64,000 nt of DNA from an uncultured archaeon (GTDB lineage Archaea > Asgardarchaeota > Thorarchaeia > Thorarchaeales > Thorarchaeaceae). The position numbers and the translations under genes are program-made. The notes under the pieces are model-generated. The model did no database searches. It saw only the letters and a list, made by a program, of their open reading frames with translations, and was not told the DNA's origin. The stretch lies in NCBI GenBank assembly GCA_964558645.1, contig CAZLEV010000010.1:32001-96000 (forward strand). Direction: 5' to 3'. Positions 20,039 to 29,613 of the stretch are shown piece by piece (within the stretch, counting starts at the first letter, position 1; each line of letters begins with the position of its first letter).

Positions 20039-21280
20039 GTGAGCCCCAAGTACGAAGGACAATCAGAAGTGAGTATTGGTGCACTGGGCCATGTAGACCA
20101 CGGAAAGACAACTCTCGTGGAATACCTGACTGGTGAATGGACCGACCGTCACTCAGACGAGGTCAAAAGAGGCATATCGATTCGTCTCGGATATGCAGCT
20201 ACGACTCTAATGAAGTGCACAAAGTGCCCAGAGCCACAGGCCTTTACAACATCTCATCTCTTGAAAGATGGGAAGTGTCCTCACTGCGGTGGTTCGGTAG
20301 AAACTCTGAGAGAGATCTCCTTCGTAGATAGTCCCGGCCACGAGTCACTAATGGCCACATGCCTCAGCGGTGCAAGTCTGATGGATGGTGCCATTCTTGT
20401 GATAGCTGCTAATGAACCCTGTCCCATGCCTCAGACATCGGAGCATCTTCAGGCTCTCCAAATCGTCGGTGTCGAGAAAACAATCATAGTGCAAAACAAG
20501 ATTGAACTCGTTTCGCGAGAAGCGGCCAAAAAGCATTACCAACAGATCAAGGATTTTGTGAAGGGGACAATGGCAGAACAAGCCCCCATCATACCGGTAT
20601 CTGCAGTATTCGGAGCAAATGTAGACCTTCTGATTCAGACAATTCAAGAGATCATACCCACCCCTGAACGAAAGTCCGACGCACCCCCTAAGATGTTCAT
20701 TGCTCGTTCCTTTGATATCAATCGCCCAGGTACAACTCCCCCGGACTTAAGGGGAGGTGTAGTAGGGGGCTCCATCGTCCAAGGTCGATTGAAGGTTGGT
20801 GACGAGATAGAGATAGCTCCGGGTTCGCGAATAGACAAAGACTATCATCCCATAAAGGCTAAGGTGAGAAGCTTGCTCTCTGGCAGTGGAAATCCCTTGG
20901 AGGAGGCATATCCGGGTGGGTTGATTGGTGTGGGGACTGGTCTTGATCCATCATCTACTCGCGCCGATCGTCTAGTCGGAAATGTTCTTGGCAAAGAGGG
21001 TCAGTTACCGGATTCCGTTGACAAAATTATGTTACTTCCAGAACTGATGGGCCGTGTTGTAGGCATGGAGTCACAGAAAGAAGTGGAGAATCTGCGACTC
21101 AACGAACCTCTAATGCTGGTTGTGGGTACAGCTGCCACTGTTGGAGTCATTACTCGACTGCATGGTGACAAGATTGAGCTCTCTCTAAAGCGACCGGTAT
21201 GCGTTGAAGAAGGACAACGTATTGCTATCGGCCGTCGTGTTGAAAACAAATGGCGACTGATAGGGCATGCAGTTGTCTGA
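20039..21280 (+). CDS. eif2g: Translation initiation factor 2 gamma subunit
   Basis: GHVDHGKT, RGISIRLGYA, Zn knuckle, DSPGHE, QNKIE and RSFDINRPG. Confidence 0.97.
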   Translation: MSPKYEGQSEVSIGALGHVDHGKTTLVEYLTGEWTDRHSDEVKRGISIRLGYAATTLMKCTKCPEPQAFTTSHLLKDGKCPHCGGSVETLREISFVDSPGHESLMATCLSGASLMDGAILVIAANEPCPMPQTSEHLQALQIVGVEKTIIVQNKIELVSREAAKKHYQQIKDFVKGTMAEQAPIIPVSAVFGANVDLLIQTIQEIIPTPERKSDAPPKMFIARSFDINRPGTTPPDLRGGVVGGSIVQGRLKVGDEIEIAPGSRIDKDYHPIKAKVRSLLSGSGNPLEEAYPGGLIGVGTGLDPSSTRADRLVGNVLGKEGQLPDSVDKIMLLPELMGRVVGMESQKEVENLRLNEPLMLVVGTAATVGVITRLHGDKIELSLKRPVCVEEGQRIAIGRRVENKWRLIGHAVV

Positions 21281-21298
21281 AACGGTAGTGCATCTGGA

Positions 21299-21706
21299 TT
21301 GCCAATAGAGGTTGTTCTTGATACTAATTTCTTACTTGTACCCGTGCAGTTCGCGATTGACGTGTTCACCGAAGCAGAAGAAGTGTTAGAAAAACGGCCG
21401 CGATTTATCATCTTGGATTCTGTTGCAGAAGAAATCGATGCGCGTCTTGAGAGTCCAAGAAGCCACATTGAAACTAAGCAGTTCACTGTGGCAAAGAGCC
21501 TCATTGAGAGATGCGAGCTCGTTCAGGTTGGTGAGAACATACGCACCCTACCGGTCGACGTCCAGATTCTAGAGTATGCGGCGGAACAAATGGCTGTCAT
21601 TGCCACCAACGACCGAATCCTTCGCAAGAAGGCTAGAAAACGTGGTATTCCCGTCCTCATGGTAAGAGGGAAAAAACGTTTAACTCTGGAAGGCTCGATA
21701 ATTTGA
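21299..21706 (+). CDS. PIN-domain protein (Fcf1/Utp24-like)
   Basis: VVLDTNFL and IATND motifs; conserved position between eif2g and rpoE1. Confidence 0.9.
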   Translation: MPIEVVLDTNFLLVPVQFAIDVFTEAEEVLEKRPRFIILDSVAEEIDARLESPRSHIETKQFTVAKSLIERCELVQVGENIRTLPVDVQILEYAAEQMAVIATNDRILRKKARKRGIPVLMVRGKKRLTLEGSII

Positions 21707-21856
21707 GACGATGTCACAATCTTTTTATGTTCACTGAAGTGAATCACCGCTGAGCCGTCGGGTAAAGACCATCGGACAAAACCGAGGTCTTATTGTTCTA
21801 GTAATTATCCTGTCAGGCAAACAGAATCTGCTCAAAGGAAGCAGGAGGTCCAACCA

Positions 21857-22456
21857 ATCTACTCAATCGTCACAGTAAGGGATATTGTAAGAATACCCCC
21901 ATCACAATTTGGCCAGCCTCTCAAGGAGGCTGCAATGATACACCTCAGAAAGAATCACGAAAATGTCCTAGACAGAGACATAGGCCTGATGATTGCGGTG
22001 ACCGATATTGATGAGATTGGTCAGGGACGCCTCATGCCAGGCGATGGTGCAACATATCATAGTGTCACGTATCAAGTATTGGTATTCAAACCGTCGCGAG
22101 GCGAGCTAGTAGAGGGAAATGTTGTAGAGATCATGGACTTTGGTGCCTTTATTCGGATGGGTCCACTGGATGGTCTCTGTCATGTGAGTCAAATATGTGA
22201 TGATTTCATTACACAGGATCCAAAGGGGAACGCACTCCTCGGAAAAGAGACGGGGCGCACCCTGCGGCAGGATGATTTGGTTCGTGCCAGAATAACTTCG
22301 ATCAGTTTCGAGTCAGGAAACAGATCCGGCAAACTAGGTCTTACCATGCGGCAGCCTTTCCTTGGAAAGATTGGCCCTGACGCCTCTTGGGTGGAAGATG
22401 ATGTCAAAGCCGCTCGTGGCGAAGCTGAGGACGAGAAGAAGAAAAAGAAGAAATAA
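21857..22456 (+). CDS. rpoE1: RNA polymerase subunit Rpo7 (RpoE'), ATC start codon
   Basis: In-frame (I)YSIVTVRDIVRIPPSQFG matches the conserved MY..V.D.VRIPP..FG N-terminus. GGAGG lies 8 nt before the ATC. S1 domain FGAFIRMGPLDGLCHVSQ. Confidence 0.95.
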   Translation: MYSIVTVRDIVRIPPSQFGQPLKEAAMIHLRKNHENVLDRDIGLMIAVTDIDEIGQGRLMPGDGATYHSVTYQVLVFKPSRGELVEGNVVEIMDFGAFIRMGPLDGLCHVSQICDDFITQDPKGNALLGKETGRTLRQDDLVRARITSISFESGNRSGKLGLTMRQPFLGKIGPDASWVEDDVKAARGEAEDEKKKKKK

Positions 22457-22471
22457 TGTGGAGGAAGAAAG

Positions 22472-22684
22472 TTGGCACGTCTGAAAGCCTGTCGTCAATG
22501 TCACTATTTGACAAGCGAGAACATCTGCCCTAACTGCAAGAGCACAAATCTCTCGACATCCTATACTGGGATAGTCGTCATTCTACCTCCACGCGATCCC
22601 GACGAAGACCCAAGAGACTCGTCGTACATTGCAGATCGTCTTGGCGTTGACAAACCCGGCAAATACGCTCTAAAGGTACGTTGA
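22472..22684 (+). CDS. spt4: Transcription elongation factor Spt4 (RpoE'')
   Basis: KACRQC...CPNC and PGKYALKVR. Confidence 0.95.
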   Translation: MARLKACRQCHYLTSENICPNCKSTNLSTSYTGIVVILPPRDPDEDPRDSSYIADRLGVDKPGKYALKVR

Positions 22685-22769
22685 ACAGCATGTTTGCTAT
22701 GAAAGCTTTATTAGCCAACCAAAGGTCGGTTCGCTGACTAGACCGTCAAGTCAACTTCAGATATATAGA

Positions 22770-23072
22770 GTGATGTCAATGGAGTTAGAAATCATCCAGG
22801 AAAAGGAGAACAGGCCTCTCGGACGAAGGGAATTGAGCTTCAGAATCGAGCATGTTGATGGCACTACTCCTAGTAGGCGCGACGTTCGTTCCAAGCTTAT
22901 GGCGAAGTATGATGCAGATGCCTCATCTGTCATTGTCAATAGAATGGAAACTCGTTTTGGGATTGGCATCACGGAGGGTACGGCAAGAATCTATTCCGAC
23001 ATCGATCAGATGAAGCGCGTCGAAAGAGATTACATGTTGAAACGGAATGAAGACAAAAAGAAGGAGGCCTAA
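22770..23072 (+). CDS. rps24e: 30S ribosomal protein S24e
   Basis: ENRPLGRREL, TPSR and TRFGIGITEGTARIY. Confidence 0.95.
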   Translation: MMSMELEIIQEKENRPLGRRELSFRIEHVDGTTPSRRDVRSKLMAKYDADASSVIVNRMETRFGIGITEGTARIYSDIDQMKRVERDYMLKRNEDKKKEA

Positions 23073-23075
23073 GAG

Positions 23076-23243
23076 ATGGCTGAAACTCACAAAAAGTACA
23101 AGGTTGACAAGAACGGCAATGTGTCTATTGACAAGAGACAATGCCCTCGATGTGAGAAGGGCACCTATATGGCCGAGCATTTCGATAGGTTCGCCTGCGG
23201 TCGTTGTGGCTATACAGAGTTCAAACGCAAGGACAAGAGCTAA
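23076..23243 (+). CDS. rps27ae: 30S ribosomal protein S27ae (below the ORF-track cutoff)
   Basis: [55 protein letters not shown]; conserved position after S24e. Confidence 0.95.
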   Translation: MAETHKKYKVDKNGNVSIDKRQCPRCEKGTYMAEHFDRFACGRCGYTEFKRKDKS

Positions 23244-23282
23244 TTCTGATATTGACAATCGTTCTAGGTCAACAGCGAAGTG

Positions 23283-23540
23283 CTACTCCGCCACTATGGC
23301 CATCACCCATCTAACAAAGAATAACACTCCAACCACTAGCGTGAGCATTATATCTATCAGGAAGATGCCTGATATGACCACATCGACCATCGCAGATACA
23401 ATGAGCGCCAAAGGAAACGTGACGATATAAGGCAGCGTGGCAATAGTCAAAGATATTTCTTCGCTCGAAATCATTGCATTGACCAAGGTGACTATCCATA
23501 TCGAATAGATTGCCACAAGTATACCCACTTCCAATATCAT
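23283..23540 (-). CDS. Small integral membrane protein
   Basis: 85 aa with three hydrophobic segments. Confidence 0.65.
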   Translation of the reverse strand: MILEVGILVAIYSIWIVTLVNAMISSEEISLTIATLPYIVTFPLALIVSAMVDVVISGIFLIDIMLTLVVGVLFFVRWVMAIVAE

Positions 23541-23756
23541 CAGTTATCATTCCCCGTCTTGAAATTCTGACCTATTATCAAACATTGTGCAGTACTCAAG
23601 GCTTTTGTTCTCATCTCACAGAGCCATACAGGCTCATCATGCTCCTAGTTTTCAGCACCAGTTCGCAATGCTTAAAACCCTGTCAGATTCATCCTAGTCT
23701 ACACAGCCAACAGAACTGTCTGATGGGGTCTGATACTGGATACCATCTACCAGACT

Positions 23757-23869
23757 AGCGGGTTGGGGAAGCCTGGCCTATCCCGCGGGGCTCATAAACG
23801 CGGAAACGCGTCGAGTTCCGTGATGGGGACACCCCGAGATCGGTCGTTCAAATCGACCACCCGCTACCA
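23757..23869 (+). tRNA. trnM: Initiator tRNA-Met(CAT) with ~34-nt intron (~23797-23830)
   Basis: A1-U72 acceptor stem AGCGGGT/ACCCGCT plus ACCA; G-C rich anticodon stem CGGGG/CCCCG; intron stem CGCGGAA/TTCCGTG. Confidence 0.93.
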
Positions 23870-24273
23870 TTTCTTCTGCTTTTCCAGATGCTTTTCATTA
23901 GATGAATCTTCAAGACATACGTCCCCTTTGATGAACCAAAGGGGAACGTGCCGACATCCTGCTAGTGTCTATGCGGCATGACCTCTCTTCAAAGACACAG
24001 TGGTGTACCACAGCTCGCGGCCGACTCTCATCGTGAATCTGACATATCATTGATTGGAAGCAAGACACTCTGACTACAGGGCGATATTCCTCCACGTTGA
24101 ACACGGAAAAACTCCATGAGGTCTGTCATGTTGACCTCGTTTCCATATACTTGAACAAGATACAGCGGTCTATGATCTCTTTCAAGGGTGCGGGTTGATT
24201 GATGTTCAACTCCATTTCTTACTCTGGATAGCTATCTATAGCTGTGATATCGGAGTAGTGATTTTGAAACCGT

Positions 24274-24693
24274 TCAGCTGATTGCATAAACGCCACTCAG
24301 AAGCATGTAGTTACTCCAGAGCAGCTGGTCCCAGTCGACTTCCTCCGACTCGAAATCCGATAGTCCTCGACATCGACCAATCCATCTCCAGCAGGGCATA
24401 CCGCTCACCAATTCAAGCTGATACAGATTGGCCTTGATGGAGCTGTATCTTACTTCTAGTAGAGTACCTTCTGCGAGTTCACTGAAGTCTGCCACTTCTA
24501 GTACTATCTTGCCATTCTCTTCCGCCCCCGCCTTTGATAGATAATACCTCGACTCCCTTCCTGTGTCTGGCTCTAGAACGACTATTGCTACGTGAGGCCT
24601 TGCAATTGGGTCCCAGTACCTCGGAATACTTGGTCTGCGAACTAAGATACAGTTCTTGATAGACTCCATACCTGCTGTGACCTCTACTTGCAT
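24274..24693 (-). CDS. Hypothetical protein
   Basis: Globular-looking ORF; likely start MQVEV at 24693. Confidence 0.5.
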   Translation of the reverse strand: MQVEVTAGMESIKNCILVRRPSIPRYWDPIARPHVAIVVLEPDTGRESRYYLSKAGAEENGKIVLEVADFSELAEGTLLEVRYSSIKANLYQLELVSGMPCWRWIGRCRGLSDFESEEVDWDQLLWSNYMLLSGVYAIS

Positions 24694-24902
24694 ATTCAAC
24701 CTCTCAGAGATGAGCTGCCAAAGTACCCATATAAGGTGGAGTTGTACTACCGTGATACGCAGAACTGCATCTAGACGCCTTCTAGTGGCCCTTCTTGAGG
24801 GCAGTCTTGGAAATCCTTGAGTTGGTCCCCTCACTTCCAAGAATAGGGACAAGACTACCCCCCACACATCTTAACAAACGGACAAACATATTATCTGGGT
24901 TG

Positions 24903-25211
24903 CTACTCTTCTTCCGGAGGCAACCCAATCACCAAAGGTCGGCCTTCATATATTGCCTGAATAACCTTCTTCCTCGCACTTGCAAGCATTCTCCAGATGG
25001 TGCCTCGTGACACACCCATTGAATATCCTGCCTGCTCTTGATACAATCCTTCTAGGTCAACTAGTCTTAGTGCTTCGGCCTCAGCAAGATTGAGATGGAT
25101 CGGCTCCTTGTTGTCATCGGGTCTTGGAACCATTCTCTCTATAGATGGTTTCTTGTCAATCGTTGGCTGGATTGGGAACCTCCCTCTTGCGCCTCTTCTT
25201 CTTCTATGCAT
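24903..25211 (-). CDS. DUF134 family HTH protein
   Basis: EAEALRLVDLEGLYQEQAGYSMGVSRGTIWRMLASARKKV. Confidence 0.9.
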   Translation of the reverse strand: MHRRRRGARGRFPIQPTIDKKPSIERMVPRPDDNKEPIHLNLAEAEALRLVDLEGLYQEQAGYSMGVSRGTIWRMLASARKKVIQAIYEGRPLVIGLPPEEE

Positions 25212-25346
25212 TACTAATCACCAGTTCCTAAGATGTGACCATTTAAGACATTATCTCTTCAGGTTACAATCAGTAACCTTTATATTCGTAGTTATGCACA
25301 CTTTAACTAGTTGTGCATTTGCACAGAATAAAGGGTGAATGAAAAA

Positions 25347-25679
25347 ATGTATGTATATGGCAGAGGTGGCGGTTGGGGCCGTGGACGCAGTAGCGGCCGA
25401 GGAGCTGGTCGTGGCCCATGGCCAGGTAATGGCCCTTTTAGTCATCTTCCTCCTTGGGAACGGCCTGGTTGGCTCTATGGTCCCGGGTCTTGCTGGGCAA
25501 TGGGATACTGGGGTGGCGTTTCGCCGACTGCAGCCACGCCCCCAACGGGAACAATTCCTGGGCCAGAGAATGTAGAAGCTCTCAGGCAGCAGAAAGAATT
25601 CTTAGAGAATCAGATCAAGTCACTACAGGATTCTATAGAGCGGATATCAAAACGTCTGGACGACATAAGTGAGCAATAG
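25347..25679 (+). CDS. DUF5320-like Gly/Arg-rich protein with C-terminal coiled coil
   Basis: GRG repeats, GPWPGNGPFSHLPPWERPGW and a coiled-coil tail. Confidence 0.75.
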   Translation: MYVYGRGGGWGRGRSSGRGAGRGPWPGNGPFSHLPPWERPGWLYGPGSCWAMGYWGGVSPTAATPPTGTIPGPENVEALRQQKEFLENQIKSLQDSIERISKRLDDISEQ

Positions 25680-25710
25680 GATGATAGAGTGGCTGCAGAC
25701 CACTCTATCC

Positions 25711-26577
25711 CTACCTCTCTATTCTACTCATTATCTCTCTATGGATGTTTTTTAAAACGCGGGTTATTCTGTGGTCTGGTGCGTGTTCTGGCATTGTCTG
25801 CATTGCGATCATTGACTGTGTCATGATAGAATCGAACGGTATTCTCCCAATCACATCTACACCATTCTGTCTGCAGAAGCGTTCCATTCTCTCAGTGTTC
25901 TCCATGTTAATGTCATACTTGTTCACTATCAGAAGACTCGGAATATCGAATCTTTGGAGAAGCTCAACAACACGCTTCATATCATGGATGCCAGACAATG
26001 TGGGTTCTGTGACAATAACGCCGAGTCCTATACCCGTTACTGTTGCAATAACAGGGCATCCAATTCCTGGCGAGCCGTCAATAAGAACGAAGTCACTTCC
26101 ATTGTTCTCTGCAAGTCGTACGCCCAGATTCCGGACCTCTGTAACGAGTTTACCAGAGTTACCTTCACCAGCCAGTAGTCTAGCATGAGCCATTGGTCCA
26201 AACCGGGTATCTGACTCGTATAGATAGCCTGAAACTCTGTCCTTCATCGTTATTGCATTCTCGGGGCATATGAGTTCACAGACACCACACCCCTCACAGG
26301 CAATCGGGTCTATTTCAGGAGGATTTGCTGCATCAAATCTGCATTTCTCACTACATAGTCCGCACTGAGTACATAGATCAGGGTTAATCTGAGCAATCTT
26401 TGAGCTACAGAACTCACTCTTTCGTTTCACGTCTGGCTCAAGAAGTATGTGCAGATCAGGAGCATCCACATCACAGTCAGCCATCACTGCCCTCTTCGAG
26501 AGGGCAATCAGCGCCGCGACAACAGTAGTTTTTCCAGTGCCCCCTTTCCCGCTTATGACTGCTATCTCATTGACCAT
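25711..26577 (-). CDS. MinD/ParA-type P-loop ATPase with 4Fe-4S ferredoxin insert (COG1149)
   Basis: SGKGGTGKT, DCDVDAPD, two CxxCxxC motifs and DGSPGIGCP. Confidence 0.92.
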   Translation of the reverse strand: MVNEIAVISGKGGTGKTTVVAALIALSKRAVMADCDVDAPDLHILLEPDVKRKSEFCSSKIAQINPDLCTQCGLCSEKCRFDAANPPEIDPIACEGCGVCELICPENAITMKDRVSGYLYESDTRFGPMAHARLLAGEGNSGKLVTEVRNLGVRLAENNGSDFVLIDGSPGIGCPVIATVTGIGLGVIVTEPTLSGIHDMKRVVELLQRFDIPSLLIVNKYDINMENTERMERFCRQNGVDVIGRIPFDSIMTQSMIAMQTMPEHAPDHRITRVLKNIHREIMSRIER

Positions 26578-27409
26578 TGTTGACCGCCTCCTCTATCCGT
26601 TCATAGACAATCCTGAACTTCTCCTTCCATTCTGGCATCTCTTCGATGAAGGGTATGCCCGCGGAGTACAACTCGGCAATCCTCCTATCGAACGGAATCT
26701 CCACCAGAATCGGGATGTTTCGTTCTTCACAGAAGTGTCTAGCCGAATAATCGCCAATTCCTGCCCTGTTCATTATGACGCCGTGGGGAATACCTAGCTC
26801 CCTGACCACATCTGCTGCCATCTCCAGATCATGAAGACCAAAGGGGGTGGGTTCTGTAACCAGAATGAGATAGTCGGATTCCTGCATGGTCTCTATGACG
26901 GGGCATGCAGTACCTGGAGGCGCATCGACGATATTGATCTCATCGCGGTGCATTCGACTCTTGACGGCCTTTATCACAGAGGTCGCAATTGGCTCGCCAA
27001 CATTCAGCTCGCCAAAAACCAGTGAGAGGCCCTCTGATTCCCCAATGAAGACATTACCGACGGTTCTGTTCCTCTCCTCTATGGCTCCTTCAGGGCATAC
27101 AATAGCGCAACCTCCACAGGAATGACACATCTCGGGGTACACGAGAACTCTATCCTTCCCTACAAATAGCGCATTGAACTGGCAAAATGCTGCACACTTG
27201 CCGCAGAGGGTGCATTTCTTATCATTGACATCAGGAGTGGGCATCTCCACCGGTTGAGGTTCCAATTCTCCAAGCTTGAGAAGTGTGTGTGCATTAGGTT
27301 CTTCTACATCACAATCGAATAATCTGGCTCCTTCTAATGATAGAGCCAGGTTTACTGCAACAGTAGTCTTTCCAGTGCCCCCTTTTCCTGAAGCCACTGT
27401 GATAATCAC
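26567..27409 (-). CDS. MinD/ParA-type P-loop ATPase with 4Fe-4S ferredoxin insert (COG1149)
   Basis: ASGKGGTGKT, DCDVEEPN, two CxxCxxC motifs, DAPPGTACP and TEPTPFG. Confidence 0.92.
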   Translation of the reverse strand: MIITVASGKGGTGKTTVAVNLALSLEGARLFDCDVEEPNAHTLLKLGELEPQPVEMPTPDVNDKKCTLCGKCAAFCQFNALFVGKDRVLVYPEMCHSCGGCAIVCPEGAIEERNRTVGNVFIGESEGLSLVFGELNVGEPIATSVIKAVKSRMHRDEINIVDAPPGTACPVIETMQESDYLILVTEPTPFGLHDLEMAADVVRELGIPHGVIMNRAGIGDYSARHFCEERNIPILVEIPFDRRIAELYSAGIPFIEEMPEWKEKFRIVYERIEEAVNNGQ

Positions 27410-27434
27410 GCCAAGTATCTCCCTACAGATTTGC

Positions 27435-27803
27435 TCATCGATGATGCGCATCACTGCATCCATCGGTGAGTTCTTGCAGATCCTGCTGCACGAAGCTCTG
27501 CATGACCTTTTCTACATCTGAGCTATCAGCTCGTAGGACTGCTATATTCTGGCTCTGAAAACTGCGAAGACCACGAGGTCCCATTCCTTTCACGATGATG
27601 ACATTGGGGCTGTAACGCATGATGTTATCATGTGCATGCCCCCTTCCACCAGCGTGCTCTCCCTGATTCGGATTCACTTCCTTGCCAGCAATATTGCCAT
27701 CACTATCAAAGTCAAATACCGCAAAGAAAGGGGCTCTTCCGAAATGGTCGGCCACAATCTTTCCTGCTTGGTCTTCTGTAGGAACTACGATTCTCTTCTT
27801 CAT
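27435..27803 (-). CDS. NifB/NifX family cofactor-binding protein
   Basis: HFGRAPFF and GMGPRG. Confidence 0.88.
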   Translation of the reverse strand: MKKRIVVPTEDQAGKIVADHFGRAPFFAVFDFDSDGNIAGKEVNPNQGEHAGGRGHAHDNIMRYSPNVIIVKGMGPRGLRSFQSQNIAVLRADSSDVEKVMQSFVQQDLQELTDGCSDAHHR

Positions 27804-27804
27804 T

Positions 27805-28221
27805 TTACATATTCCTCCTTCCTCTTCCTTGACCACGGCCTCCGCCCATTCCTCGTCCCATACCCATTCCACGGTGTGCAGGACCGGGTGGCGCATTCTG
27901 CTGCAGTTGGTCTTGTTTCATCATCTGTATCGCTTCACGAACAGTGCCCACGGCGCCGGTCATGATTTTGATACCTGAGCTCTGAAGAGCTGGATACGCA
28001 TTTGGCCCCACACTGCCTGTGATGACGGCTTCCACACCTGTGGATGCCACCATCTGAGCTGCGCGTATTCCTGCTCCACCAGAGGCCATTGCAGCGTCAT
28101 TCTCAATCGCGTTAGACTGCATTGTGTCGGTGTCGACTATTATGAAATACGCACACCGCCCAAATCTCGGATCTACTGGTGAGTCCAAATCTGACCCACT
28201 TGAAGTCACACATACTTTCAT
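27805..28221 (-). CDS. NifB/NifX family cofactor-binding protein
   Basis: VDPRFGRCAYF, GGAGIRAAQ, GSVGPNA and a GMGRG tail. Confidence 0.9.
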   Translation of the reverse strand: MKVCVTSSGSDLDSPVDPRFGRCAYFIIVDTDTMQSNAIENDAAMASGGAGIRAAQMVASTGVEAVITGSVGPNAYPALQSSGIKIMTGAVGTVREAIQMMKQDQLQQNAPPGPAHRGMGMGRGMGGGRGQGRGRRNM

Positions 28222-28363
28222 CTGTTCACTTCCATTGTATTACGAATTATGATTCGTATCTTGATTCATAAAAAGTCATCGGCTCAGGCATCAATCATAA
28301 GCAATAGGTGAGCTTTATTTCATGTTGCTCCCTTTGCATTTCCTATCTGGAGTGAAGAAAGAG

Positions 28364-29581
28364 ATGGGATTCAGTGTTGGCGTTGTCGGGAAGCCCTCAT
28401 GTGGGAAGACTTCCTTCACGAACGCGGCCTGCATGACTGATTTCAAAGTCGGTAGCTATCCATTTACCACAATAGATGCCAATGTCGGAGTCACCCATGT
28501 GAGAGCCAAGTGTGCCTGTCTGGACTTTGATGTGAACGACAACCCGCAGAACTCGATATGCATCGAGGGAATACGGTTAATCCCGGTCAAACTGATAGAT
28601 GTTGCCGGTCTTGTACCCGGGGCACATGAAGGTAGGGGCATGGGCAACAAGTTCTTGGATGATCTCCGACAAGCGGATGTTCTTATCCACATTGTTGATT
28701 CCAGTGGCACTCTGGATGCGGAGGGACAGGAGGTTGCCCCAGGAACCTACGACCCTGCTGAAGATGTCCGTTGGCTTGAACAGGAACTGACCGAGTGGAT
28801 TCTTGGCATAATATCCAAGGACTGGCGTAGGATAAGCGGAAGAGTCCGCGCAGAGGGAGCTAAGCTCGACGAATTGCTTCTTGAAAAACTCTCTGGACTC
28901 AAAGTGCAACGCAGTCATATACTCAAGGCGATTCGAAACTCAGAACTGAAAGCAGAGTCCGCAGACAAGTGGGAGGATGATGACCTTCGTCGCTTTTCCT
29001 CGAGTATTCAACAGATGGCAAAGCCAATTATAATCGCTGCAAACAAGATTGATCGACCTACTGCTGAAACCAACTATGAAAGGATGAAGGAGGAGTTTTC
29101 TGATCGATTAGTTATTCCGGTCAGTGCTCTTGCGGAGAAAGCTCTCAAAGATATGGATCGGAAAGGAATCATCTCCTATGTTCCAGGTAGTGATGATTTT
29201 GAGATTCTAGATCCAGACTCTCTAAGCAATGGGGAGGCCGCTCAGCTTCAACGACTCAAAGATGAACTCTTGTCGAAGTTTGGTGGCACCGGCGTACAGG
29301 CGATTCTCAATGAGGCAGTGTTTGAACACCTTGATATGATTACAGTGTATCCAGTTCATGACATTAATACCCTGAGTGACAGCGAAGGCAATGTACTTCC
29401 CGATGTATTCCTGGTGCCCAGAGGGACTACTGCGAAGGAATTTGCAGGATATATCCACTCAGACCTCATGGAGTCGTTTCTTCACGCTATCGATGCTCGG
29501 ACAAAGATGAGGATATCAGAGAAGCACGTTCTCCAAGATAGGGATGTCATCAAGATTGTGAGCACAAAGGGGAGTAAGTGA
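28364..29581 (+). CDS. ychF: YchF/Obg-family GTPase (archaeal)
   Basis: GKPSCGKTS, YPFTTIDAN, DVAGLVPGAHEGRGMGNKFLDD, ANKID and a TGS domain. Confidence 0.93.
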   Translation: MGFSVGVVGKPSCGKTSFTNAACMTDFKVGSYPFTTIDANVGVTHVRAKCACLDFDVNDNPQNSICIEGIRLIPVKLIDVAGLVPGAHEGRGMGNKFLDDLRQADVLIHIVDSSGTLDAEGQEVAPGTYDPAEDVRWLEQELTEWILGIISKDWRRISGRVRAEGAKLDELLLEKLSGLKVQRSHILKAIRNSELKAESADKWEDDDLRRFSSSIQQMAKPIIIAANKIDRPTAETNYERMKEEFSDRLVIPVSALAEKALKDMDRKGIISYVPGSDDFEILDPDSLSNGEAAQLQRLKDELLSKFGGTGVQAILNEAVFEHLDMITVYPVHDINTLSDSEGNVLPDVFLVPRGTTAKEFAGYIHSDLMESFLHAIDARTKMRISEKHVLQDRDVIKIVSTKGSK

Positions 29582-29613
29582 GACCATTGAAGCGGTCCCT
29601 GACTCTTTGCCTG

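Noticed and set aside
23910-24215. TGA read-through ORF downstream of tRNA-Met
   Set aside because: The product has no recognisable motif or selenoprotein context.
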